From Mobula hypostoma (lineage: Eukaryota): a DNA stretch of 64,000 bases. Position numbers and translations under genes: made by a program. Positions 1 through 11,849 of this stretch are shown in pieces. The notes below the pieces were generated by a model. It was given only the letters and a program-made list of their open reading frames with translations, had not been told where the DNA came from and ran no database searches. The stretch spans positions 98,396,001 through 98,460,000 of the forward strand of contig NC_086097.1 in assembly GCF_963921235.1 (NCBI RefSeq), given 5' to 3'. Position 1 is the stretch's first letter, and the number at the start of each line of letters is the position of its first letter.

Positions 1-794
1 CTATGTGTGAGGTGTTTGAGTTAAATGACAGTGACAGAAATTTCAAGGACTTGGGATAGGGTTTCAGGTCTGATGGGGCTCCATTTTTATTTATTGTGGG
101 TGCTGCAGTTGTTGCACCAACAAAGGATTTGTAGAGAAATGCATGTTCAAGTGTGTTCTTTGCTAATACGATGGGTTGCTTCTTTTAGCTGATTTTTTTT
201 TTCATAGTTTCATCTTCAACTTTCATCTTTGCTAGTTATAGCTTATCTCATATACTGTACATAGATATGGCAGGAGCAAGGCTGAGCATAAAAGAATTTT
301 GTAGACTGTTGTGCATCTTGTTTCAAACATTTGAAATATCTGGGAGGCATCGAATGTAGCACAGAATTGGAATTTGTATTAGTATTCACTGTGGTTGAGT
401 ATTACTTGAATATGAAATTATAACCGTCCTCAATATTTGTAAGAAGTTCTCCATGATATGGCCGTTAAGTGGGAGTGACATTTCGTAACTAGCAGACTTT
501 TATTTCTTTATTGTTTCAGCTTCCTTTCTGATGCCAGAGTTTTATAAAGAATTTTTATGCAGCTGGTTATTTTCAATTTTGATGAGGAAGATATTTGAGA
601 TGAAAACTCTTTATGACATGAAGGGGGTTATTTTGCCCATAAGAGCTTTTAAGAGAAGAATCTTATAAGTTCCACTCTCCAACCTCTTACCTTTGTATTC
701 CTACAAATTATTCTCTTTGACAATGAACTTTTTCTACTTGGGGTGTGGGGTGGTTAACCAACCTGTATATCATTGGGACATAAGAGGAGATCTC

Positions 795-1825
795 AAGGTT
801 CAGAGTACATGTCAGCACATAAGATTTGTTTTCTTGACAGGCATATACAGTAACTCCAAGAAACACAATAGAATCAATGATACACTGCACCTAACAGGAC
901 AACAAACTCTGCAAATACAGAAAAGGAAAAAAGGAAATAATCATAATAAATAAATAAATAAGCAATAAATATCAAGAACATGAGATGAGTCTTTGAAAGT
1001 GAGTCCACTGGTTGTGAGAACAGTTCAGTGATGGGGTGAGTCAAGTTATTCCCACTGTTTCAAGAGCCTGATGGCTGAGGGGTAGGAACTGTTCCTGAAC
1101 TGGGTGGTGTGAGACCTGATGCTCTTGTACTACCTTCCTGATGGCAGAGTGAGAAGAGGCATGGCCTGGGTGGCGGGGTCCCTGATGATGAATGCTGCTT
1201 TCCTGCGACAGCGCTCTGTGCGTATGTGCTCAACTGTAGGGAGGGCTTTGCCTAGCTGGCTAGTATCCACTACTTTTTGTTGGATTTTCTGTTCAAGGGC
1301 ATTGGTATTTCCATACCAGGTTGTGAAGCAACTAGTCAATATACTCTCCACTGCACATCAGTAGAAGCTTGTCAGAGCTTTAGATATCACGCAGAATCTT
1401 CAGCACTCCGAAGGAACTGGAGGCGCTGTTGTACTTTCTTTGTAATTGCACTTGTGCACTGCGCCCAAGACAGATACTTCGGAGTGATAACACCATGGAA
1501 TTTAAAGTTGCTGTCCCCCTCCATCTCTGCTCCCCTAATGATCAACACTAGAACACTGGTGCACCTCAGGGGTGTGTGCTCAGCCCACTGCTCTACTATC
1601 TATATACACATGACTGTGTGGCTAGGCATAGCTCAAATACCATCTATAAATTTGCTGATGATGCAACCATTGTTGGTAGAATCTCAGATGATGACGAGAG
1701 GGTGTACAGGAGTGAGATATGCCAACTAGTGGAGTGGTGCCGCAGCAACAATCTGGCACTCAACGTCAGTAAGACAAAAGAGCTGGTTGTGGACTTCAGG
1801 AAGGGTCAGACGAAGGAACACATAC
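795..1825. mobile_element. Rex/Babar-like LINE fragment with 5' inversion
   Basis: - strand 3' part (~795-1543; ESILTSCFTTWYG...LPSGR); + strand RT part (~1545-1825; PQGCVLSPLL...YKFADDATIVG...DFRKG). Confidence 0.75.
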
Positions 1826-3504
1826 AGATTGAATCTTGGTAGAAACCTGTACAGTCACATGAAGACACAGGCATAATTATGATCACAATTGAACCCGGGT
1901 CTCTGAAGCTGAGGCAGTTCATTTCTGCAGAACCAGAAATGTTGTGGTTCATTTCATAGTGATGTTTCAATATGCTTACTGTGGTTTGTACAAAAGGCAG
2001 AACAACTTACCATCATTAACAGTGAATACCGAATAGTCAGCCCATTCTGGTTTCAATCTTTCTCCATGCCATTGTTTCTTGCAATTTGTTAAGTCATTGT
2101 TATAAGATTTGTATATAACTAAAACTCGAAGTGCGGCTATTTGTATTCATCTAGTCAACAGTGAATCCAGCCTGTAATCTGTGCATTGCAGGGGGATTGT
2201 AATGGCACCAGATCTGCAATGTATCATAGCTGAAGAAGTACTCAGTTTCCCAAAGTATTATATGTGTGAGTAGCCTGCACAGTCTGTGAGCAAACCATTA
2301 GCAGGTATTGCACAGCACCTGTAGGGTGTGTAGTAGTTTATGTATGGAGAAATATTTGGGTTACGGAAAACTAGACTCTAAATTTGCGTGAGCATTATGC
2401 AGCTCACAAGCTTGCAGTTTGACTTTGTCTTTGAAGTATATATTTAAAATGAATGGTTGATTCATAAAATCTTTTGCATTCCCTCTGGTGTTTCTCTTTA
2501 GCCTCTGTCCCTGTTGTAAGCAATGAAAGTACCCATTCTTGATGCTTCTCCATTTAATGTTGTTATGGGCTCACAATTACTATGAACCAGTGAGGATACT
2601 ACACTACAAGAGGCTGAGAATGTCTCTTGAAGCATTCTCTCCCTTTCTCTTTCAAAAATGCTATACATCACTCACTGATGATTGAGCAGATGTTATGGTA
2701 GTTGAGTGCTAACATTAGCTTGTCTATCCTACTGGTGGACTTGGAGAGTGTGTGGTAGTTCAGTTCTTTGTTCTTGCCATAGGTTTTCCATTTTCATAAG
2801 TATACAGTTCATTGTATCTGTTGATAAATAGAATCTCATTGTGGCAATCTGTTCATCCATTAAAGCAGGAGTTGAGAATCCTTGCTGTTAGTAGAGAAGT
2901 AAATGTTAAAGCGTGTTCTTTACTAATTATGGGTCAGTTGCTGTGATCCTTATTGTGAATTTGCCTGTGGCTCCTTTTTTGAAGATGACAATTGTGGGGC
3001 TTGTGAGATTCTTTTGCTGTACATGAGGGTCACAGCTACGCAGCAAGGAAAACACTGATTAGCTCAATGTGTACTTGACAATCAAGTTACCTTACTGAAT
3101 TCGTCTTGGTTTGCCTGTATTTAGCCTATATCCTTCAAAACCTCTCCTAGACATATACCTGTCCAAGTTCCTTTTAAATATTGTTGATGTACCTGCCTTA
3201 ACCACCACCTCTAGCAGCTTCTTCCATAGACTGATCTCTGGCTGAAAAAGTTGCCTTCAGGTGCCTTCTAAATCTATCTACTCTCACTTTAAACCTATGC
3301 CCCTAGTTTTGGACTCCTGTATTGTGGGGCCACATTGTCTATTTATTTATACTGCTCATGATTTCACCTATTGGCCTCCTACACTCCAGAGGAAACAAGT
3401 CCTAGCCTATTTAGCCTGTTCATATAACTCAAAACCTCCTGTCCCAGTAACATCCTCAAATCTTCCTATAACAGAGCAACCAGATCTGTCCACAGCAGTT
3501 TTCT

Positions 3505-5225
3505 TTAGTATCAAATTCCTTCTTTACAGCCCTTTAGCTTTTCCATCCATTACCTCTCAGCTTTTCACTTTATCCCCTTTTCCCCACCCACCTCCTTCCT
3601 CTCACCTGGCTTCACCTTTCACTTTCCAGCTTGCACTTCTTCCTTTCCCCCCCCCCCACTGTCTTATACTCGCTTCTTCCTTTCTTTCCAGTCCTGATGA
3701 ATGGTGTCAGCCAGAAATAAGAACATAAGAAACAGGAGCAGGAGTAGGCTATCTAGCCCATCGAGACTGCTCTGCCATTCAATAAGTTCATGTACTCATC
3801 TCCACCAGCTGCCTTTTCCCTCACTATGCAAAAATCTATCCAACCTTGGCTTAAATTTATTTACTGCGGTAGCCTCCACTGCTTCATTGGGCAGAGAATT
3901 CCATAGATTCACCACTGTCTGGGAAAAGCAGTTCCTCCTCACTCCATCCTAAATCTACTCCCTTGAATCTTAAGGCTATGTCCCCTAGTTCTAGTTTCAC
4001 CTACCAGTGGAAACAACATCCCTGCCTCTATCCCTTTCTTTCTTAATTTTTACATGTTTCTTTAAGATCTTCTCTCCTCCTTCTGAATTCTAGCAAGTAC
4101 AGTCTTGGGCAACTTGATCTCTCATAGTCTAGCCCCCTCATTTCTGGAATCAACCTGGTGAACCTCCTATCCACCGCCTTCAAAGCCAGTATGTCCTTCC
4201 TCAAGTAAGGAGACCAGAACTGCACGCAGTACTCCACATGCAGCCCCACCATTACCCTATACAGTTGCAGCATAACCTCCTTGCTCTTAAATTCAAACCC
4301 TCTAGCAATGGAAGCCAACATTCCATTTGCCTTCTTGATGGCCTGCTGTACCTGCAAACCAACCTTTTGTGATGCATGCACAAGCACTCAAAAGTCCTCT
4401 GCACAGCAGCATGCTGCAATCTTTTACTACTTTTAAATAATAATTTGCTCTTCCATTTTTTTTTCCTACCAAAGCAGATGACCTCACATTTGCCAGACTC
4501 TTGCCCACTCACTTAACCTATCTATCTCTCTCTGCAGACTCTCCGTATCCTCTGCACAATTTGCTTTTCCACTCAATTTAGTGTCATCAGCAAACTTTGA
4601 TACACTACACTTGGCCCTCTCTTCCAGGTCGTTAATGTATATCATGATCAGTTGCGGGCCCAGTACAGACCCCTGCGGTACACTGCTCACCACTGAGCAA
4701 CACCCATGTATCCCAACTCTCTGCTTTCTATTGCTCTATCCATGCGAATACATCACTCCAACTCTATACATCCGTATCTTATGGATAAGTCTTTTATGTG
4801 GCATCTTTTCAATGCCTTCAGTAAATCCAAGTAAGTAACATCCATCTGTTCCCCTCTATCTACCGCACTGGTTACATCCTCAAAAAAAAACTCCAGTAAG
4901 TTTGTCAAACAGGACCTGCCTTTGCTGAATCTGTGCTGCGTCTGCATGATGGATTAATTTCTTTCCAGATGCCTCACTATTTCTTCTTTAATGATAGCTT
5001 CAAGCATCTTCCCTGACTACAGATGTTAAACTAACTGGCTGGTAGTTACTTGCCTTTTGCTACACCCTTTTTTTTTGAACAGTGGCGTGACATTGACCTT
5101 CTTCCAGTCCCAGAGAACTTTGGTAAATTATCACCAAAGCCTCAACTATAACCTCTGCTGAGTTCCTCTAGCATTCTTTGTGTATTCTGTAATTCCAGTA
5201 TCTGCAAAATCTCTGGTGTTTGTGA
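3505..5225 (+). mobile_element. PLE pLTR remnant (3505-3718 + ~5150-5225) split by a CR1 insertion
   Basis: Pyrimidine-rich leader ending AGTCCTGATGAATGGTGTCAGCCAGAAA, then CR1. Resumes with ctgctgagttcctctagcattctttgtg...ttccagtatctgca. Confidence 0.7.
3719..5150 (-). mobile_element. CR1 LINE 3' fragment
   Basis: Minus-strand ORF pieces QHRFSKGRSCLTNLLEFF, VPQGSVLGPQL..KFADDTKL, HVEYCVQFWSPYLRKDI; CR1 3' end at ~3719. Confidence 0.9.
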
Positions 5226-6362
5226 TTTCCTACCCTTGTTTGTCTTGGACGTTGCATGTATCTAAATTAAACTCCATCTACCAATCCTTGGTTGATTGGC
5301 CCAGTTGATCAATGTCCTCTTAAATGAAGGAGATGAGCATTTGGCAGCAATTCATAAGTCTTTCTCTGCGTTAGTCTATAACAAGTTGAGATTCTTCCCT
5401 TCAACCCCATAGGGCTTGATTTTCCACTGTTTGGCTTCATCGTGCTCTTCCTTTGGACTGAGATTGCAGTACACAGTAAACCATGGAAGAAAATTATAGA
5501 TACTTGTGCCAAAAGGCAGTCTTGGTTGAGGAACACTTTGTGTTCTGTCCAAGGAGCATTGAGGTTTTCTCTCATTAATAAACTCTTCCCCCTTTGCTCT
5601 TAATAGGGTAGTTTTTGAGTCATAAATGATCTTGTAGAATCCTGGAATATTGTGATTTTTCAGTTTATTACTGAATGTCTGATCTTGGCACCCATTGTCT
5701 GTTTTATGTTTTTTTGTTGTTATCTATCAAATTCCTAGTAGATGTTTTTCTATTTTTTCTGATGTGGTAGTGTTTTAAGTCCAACATCACTTTGTGATTA
5801 ATTAACTTTTGGATCTGGTCATCATCATCAATCCAGTCTTAGTGATTTCAGGTAGAGAACCCTAGAGACCCTTTAAGATGCTAATTATCATGAGCTTTAC
5901 GGTAGGCCAAACAGTGGATATTCTGTAGCTCATGTGGACGATTATCAGATTGTCTGTGGGGTGCTGTGGGGTGTTCTTTGCAGGGTTCCAAAGTCCTTCA
6001 CTGCAGCGGCAGTTCTGTTTCCATTGCACCCCGGGGGGGAGGGGCAAGTATATAGATGTGATGGACTTTTTTCGGCAGTGATTGGTCAAGCAGTTGTGGC
6101 ATCTTTCTCAGTATTTTACTTGAATTATGTAATTAACATGCCTGTACTTAAAATCAAAATTTTACTATCAGCCTTGTGCTAGTTTTTCTGACTAAAGTTC
6201 TCATTCATTTTGTAGTGAACCACATTCTATTGAGAGTGAGCTGTAGATTAGCCACATCTGCACAATATATTGTTTTGAAATTTGGATTAATTCATAAAAG
6301 TACAATTCAAGGGAATAGATATTTTGCAGGGCTATCTGACAGTGTCTGAGAACTGACCAATA

Positions 6363-9300
6363 CAGGTCCACAATCCCTTATCCGAAATCCTTGGGGCTAG
6401 TTGCATTTTGGAATTCAGACCCCCCCCCCCACAAAAAAAACAAAAAAGTCACGTATGCTCAAGTCCCTTATTTAACCTGTCTCAGTGCGGTGGACTTCAG
6501 GACCCGGCGGTGCACCAAACCTGCGCACATCCTCCCGTATACTTTCTTTTTCAATCTTTTTATTAGTATCGTAATGATAAAGATTAAAGTTAATGGGATT
6601 ACATTGTTGTAATTATCATATATAAATATAAACCCAGTTAATACATGGATATTAAACCTCCTAATCTTACAGGATACAAACATTATATATAGACAAATTA
6701 ACATGAAAAAGGAAAAAAGGAAAAAATATATATACCCCCCAAAAAAAATCTAATCTAACAAGATAGACCAACTAAACTACAGAAAAAAAGACATGGGCTG
6801 TTGTGAAACATATATTAAAAAAAGAACCATTTGTGTCGTTGACTCCGCTCCCCTCAACATAGACTAAAAAAAGTAGAATAGGTTTGGAAAAAGTCAAATT
6901 ACATCATATGGAAATATTGAATAAATGGCCTCCAAGTCTTTTCAAATTTAATAGAGGGTTCATATATAAAACTTCTAATTTTTTCTAAATTTAAACACAA
7001 CATAGTTTGAGAGAACCAATGAAATGTGGTGGGGGGAATTGATCTCTTTCCAATTCAGCAAAATGGATCTTCTGGCCATTAGTGTAAGAAATGCAATCAT
7101 CCGACAAGCTGAAGATGTTAAAACATTTGCTTCTATCATTGGTAAACCAAAAATTGCAGTAAAAGGGTGGGGTTGTAAATCAATACTCAAAACAGTTGAA
7201 ATAATATCAAAGATATCTTTCTAGTATTTTTCTAAAAGAGGACATGACCAAAACGTATGAGTTAAAGAAGATATCTCAGAGTGACATCTATCACATATAG
7301 GATTTATATGAGAGTAATATCGAGCTAATTTATCCTTAGACATATGAACCCTATGCACTACTTTAAACTGTATCAACGCATGTTTAGCACATATAGAGGA
7401 TGAATTAACTAACTGAAGAATTTTTTCCCATATTTCAATAGGTAAAGTGATCTTAAGTTCCTTTCCCAATCGATCTTAACTTTATTAGATACATCTGGAT
7501 GTATTTTCATAATTATATTATAAATTACACCTTTCTGAAAAGGATTTAAACCTAAAATTTTTTACAAAATATCCGATGAATATAAATTCGGGAAGGTAGG
7601 AAGAACAGTATTTTTAAAATTTCTAATCTGTAAATATCTAAAGAAATGGGATCTAGGCAAATTGTATTTGTTAGATAATTGTTCAAAAGACTTAAAACAA
7701 TTATCCAAAAATAGGTCACAAAATCTTAATATACCTTTAGTTTTCCAAACCAAATAGGCTTGATCCATGATAGAGGGTTGAAAAAACAAATTTGGTATAA
7801 TAGGACTTGCAATTGCTATTCGAGATTCACCTGACATTCTTGGTATTACCCGTGTGAATGAAATACATAAGGTATCATTATATGCAGATGATTTGCTATT
7901 ATATATCTCTAACCCTGAGAAACCCATTCCTGCTGTTTTATCCTTGTTGGCTCAGTTTAGTAATTTTTCTGGTTATAAATTAAACCTTAAGAGTGAACTA
8001 TTTCCCCTAAATATGCAAGTTCCAATTTATGGATGTTTACTATTTAAATTGGTTACCGATTTCTTGACATACTTAGGGGTTAAAATTACAAAAAAGCATA
8101 AGGATTTATTTAAGGCTAATTTTTTTTACCTTTAATTGATCAGATTAAACTTTTGTTTACTAAATGGTCACCAATGTCTCTATCATTGATAGGTCGTATT
8201 AATGCTATCAAGATGATTATTTTACCTAAATTTTTATATTTATTTCAAGCGGTGCCAGTTTTTATTCTGAAGTCCTTCTTTGACAAGGTTGATTCTAAAA
8301 TCTCTTCATATATATGGCAGAATAAAAATCCTAAGATAGGTAAAAGATACTTACGGAAATTTAAAAAGGAGAGGGGTCTGGCATTACCGAATTTTAGATT
8401 TTATTATTGGGCAATTAATATTCGATATTTAAAATTTTGGTCATGGGACTTGGACATAACTTCAAGTCCACATTGGGTAAATCTTGAATGTAAATCTTTA
8501 CAAGGGTTTTCATTGGGTTCTATTTTAGGGACCTTGCTTCCCTTTTCTCTTTCTAAATTGCATAAACAAATGGTTAACCCAATAGTAAAATATACTTTAC
8601 GAATATGGTTTCGATTTCGAAAATTTTTTGGGTTGAATCAATTTATTCTAGCAAGTCCTATTATATCAAATTTGTTTTTTCAACCTCCCGTATACTTTAA
8701 ATCATCTCTAGATTACTTATAATACCTAATACAATGTAAATGCTATGTAAATAGTTGTTATACTGCATTGTTTAGGGAATCATGACAAGAAAATTTATTT
8801 CCAACAAAAACATTCAATAAAACATAAAAATATACAGCTTCAAACGAACTGAATTAATTAATTAATTAATTGATTATGGTTTTATATTGCTATATTTATT
8901 CTTGGTTGGTGCAAGTGTAACGAAACCCAATTTCCTAGGGATCAATAAAGTATGTCTATCTATCTATCTAGAATCAAATGCATGGTAAATCGGAATAAAT
9001 GTAGAACGTCACTGTCACTGTCACTATAAAACTTCAGTAACTTGTCTTTCTGTTTATTTAAATCATATACAGTGGTAGTTCTGACACTATTTTCTTCAGT
9101 AAGACGCTGCACGGACACACCACGATCAAGCTTCTGCAATAGCTCCACTTTCTGTGTTATTGATAATGATAGATGCTTCCTTCTCTTTTTCCCATTGGGG
9201 TATCTGCAGCTCTTTTTGACATTTTCACAGTGAAATTAAACACAAAGTCAACAGTGAACACAAAATATCAGCGAACAGCAAATGCACGTGTAACCAGTAC

Positions 9301-9445
9301 GAGCACTGAGCCACAACTGACGTCTGGTGGCCTCTGCTAGTGCTGCCACATCACACCTGAGTGACTTCAGCTGTTGGAGAAAAAAACCTTTGGTTTTTCA
9401 GAGCTTTTTGGATTTTAGAATTTCGGATAAAGGAATGTGCACCTG
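6363..9445 (-). mobile_element. Tigger/pogo (Tigger4/Zombi-like) non-autonomous DNA transposon, interrupted by an L1-like LINE
   Basis: TA TSDs at 6361-62 and 9446-47; TIRs caggtccacaatcccttatccgaaat / caggtgcacattcctttatccgaaat; minus-strand HTH remnant MSKRAADTPMG...KHLSLSITQKVELLQKLDRGVSVQRLTEENSVRTTTVYDLNKQKDKLLKFYSDSD. Confidence 0.85.
6546..8683. mobile_element. L1/Tx1-clade LINE, 5'-truncated and 5'-inverted
   Basis: - strand 3' part 6546-~7810 (CDRCHSE..HTFWSC zinc knuckle; aataaaaagattgaaaaag tail). + strand RT part ~7806-8683 (LYADDLLLY, YLGVKI, SLIGRINAIKMIILPKFLY). 15-bp TSD cctcccgtatacttt at 6531-6545 / 8684-8698. Confidence 0.92.
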
Positions 9446-10071
9446 TATAGAGTTGTTTGGGTTTATTTAATGTTGGATTTATTTTTGGAGGTTTGAGCAC
9501 TGCTTGCAAGGTGATTATTTTCTACCCTTGAAAGAAGTGATCTGTCCTACCTTGTGTTGCTGCAGTCCATAAGGCACTTAGTCTTGCACAGTTTTCATTC
9601 GGTTTTTAATAGTGGCAAAGGTGAAAAAATCCCTTGTTCTGGGTCTAATCTTAATTGTTGCCTTGAGCTTATGGTATTATGCTATATAATCATGATAGAA
9701 CATTTTCCCCCCCCCCCCCCCACTTAACACTGAAAATAAAAAGTGGAAAGCTTTGGCCTTTATCCAAGTAATGTGAATTATTATAGAATGTGTAGCTATC
9801 TGTCAAACAGTGCAGTCTTCCCCTATTTCTCTGTGGTAACAAAACACAGATTTTGGAAGGACATGTTTCAAACTAACTTTGAATGTCAGGTTGTGCTTCA
9901 TTTTTTTTCTTCAGGCATTAGGTTTTTTGATTGCTTGCTCGTAGCTCGGTAGACTAGAGGCCTGTACTTGTATGCATTTTGATATTTCCATTTTTATAAT
10001 ATTACCATTTCAAAGAATCAAAATTTATCAATCCATAAATTTGCTTATTGTTAGTTCTTCTCTACTTGCAG

Positions 10072-10244
10072 TGACGAGAGTGATGATGGGCTTGAGGAGG
10101 CTCCCTCACATTCTAAAACAAGTTGTGGAAACCTGAGCCACATTAAGAAGGAACCTGTTGATGAGGATCTGGGAGAACAACCTGAAGTAGTGCAGAATAG
10201 AACTCTGACCACTCCACCTTCAATCAATGGTGCATTTCATCCAG
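10072..10244 (+). CDS. INO80: INO80 internal coding exon (N-terminal region)
   Basis: ttgcag| ... |gtgaga. Translates (S)DESDDGLEEAPSHSKTSCGNLSHIKKEPVDEDLGEQPEVVQNRTLTTPPSINGAFHP, resembling vertebrate INO80 SDDSEDGLD...VKEEP...SLNG. Ends phase 1, compatible with the next exon. Confidence 0.85.
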
Positions 10245-11781
10245 GTGAGAGTCTGAAAGAGCTGCTTGCTCCCATTGGTATGAAATTCTATTAGATAGTT
10301 TTAAAAACACTACCTGCTCACATTCTGGGAATGATAGCTGGGGAATGGATTTACACTCTTTTATTTCAATTTATTTCAATTTTAATTCCCCATTTAAATT
10401 TGTAGTGCAAGAAGCAATTTTATATTGTAGTTGAATTATTTTTATGTAGGTTCTCTTTTTTTAAAATTTCGAGTCTGGACAAGCCAAAATGCTCATAACT
10501 TCAAGCAAGAAAAGACACTGGACCAAATGTAGATGTGTTTTAGTTCCCACACTATCTGATGAAACGAGTAAAGGTGTCCTGGGTTGCATCTCAGTGGAGC
10601 AGCAAATAAAATAACCACTTTGTACACATCCAATAAAGCCATTGTGTAATTTTTCTCTGTATTGTCAACCTGAGCTAACCTGGATATTTGATTAATTCCA
10701 GCTTATAATTGGCAGAGAGTTGAGAGTTAAATGGCTTTTATTTTTATACACTAGAATGAACTATCTAGATAGAAAGGTGGTAAAGAAGCATTTTATGGAA
10801 ACTTGGTCATAGGAAATAAATTTGTGCATTGGAAATGCAGAGTAAAGTTGAGTTGAAATACTTTGTACTTAATACCTGCTGCTTCCATTGTTCTCTTGCT
10901 AGTAGCATCACATCAGCATTGCAGATGCTGCCAACAGAAGAACATGTCCAGTCCTGAAGCCCTATATACTTCATTATACCATTGTTAAATAAGTGCTTTC
11001 AGCCCAGGGATATACATTCATTGAGCATATTGCCAGAAGGCTCTTCCTGTATGTTTGCTTGTAAGAGTTTGTTTTATTTTGCATAATGCTGAAGATTTTC
11101 CAAAGTTTTATGTTAGTTGTGGGGTTGGGTAGGTTGCTGCAAAGGGAGGAAAAAGAAAATTTTATGAAAATGACTGTTTAAAAAGGGCTCAGACTTTGGA
11201 TATCGTGGCTGCTGGTGTAATATATGGGCTAAATTGTGATAGGCAATAAAGGATAGCTGTTTTGAAGCATGTGGGTAGAGGCCGCTGGGGGGGTGGATTT
11301 GCTTTTTGAATCAACCTCTGACAGTTTGGGAGGTTGGCTTGGGGAAGCATTAGGTAATTGAGAGGGAAGGAAGTGATGAATGGAAAGTGGGAGGACCTGA
11401 AGCGGGGAGAGAACAGGATAGGAGTTGGATGTTGAAGAAGATACATGCAAGATCGTGGGGTTTTGTGAAAGTTTGTGTAAATGTGCATGTATGTCCACTT
11501 GTGTTCTGAAGAGCCAAGTTTCCAATTACTTTGGCCTTCCTTGGCATTGGACCAAGGCCTTGTCCTGTCAAAACTGAAACTAGTGTGCGTTAGCATTTAA
11601 TGTTAAGACTTTAGGCACAGAGATATCTACCCTTCAAGAAATATATTATCCTTGATTCTAAGAGATTGTCTAAGAAGGATCCATTTAAATCCATTTAAAA
11701 ACATTATCCGTGTTCCATCTATTTCTGGAGCACTTCTGTGGAATTTTAGTTACTGACACAATTATGTTTTGTGTTCAGCAG

Positions 11782-11849
11782 AACTTAAAGTTGAGAAGGG
11801 AAACGTATACAATTTCAGCAAATTGAAGAAAAGCAGAAAATGGCTGAAG
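11782..11849 (+). CDS. INO80: INO80 coding exon
   Basis: cagcag| ... |gtgagg; (E)LKVEKGNVYNFSKLKKSRKWLK matches INO80 KGNLYNFSKLKKSRKWLK. Alternative start at 11779 (NAGNAG). Confidence 0.95.

Noticed and set aside
1..10000. INO80 start-codon exon
   Set aside because: I could not find a KPLYLQYLERALRLD-like peptide; it probably lies upstream of the window.
11160..11600. Purine-rich stretch with minus-strand ORFs
   Set aside because: No recognisable domain, splice pattern or repeat hallmark.
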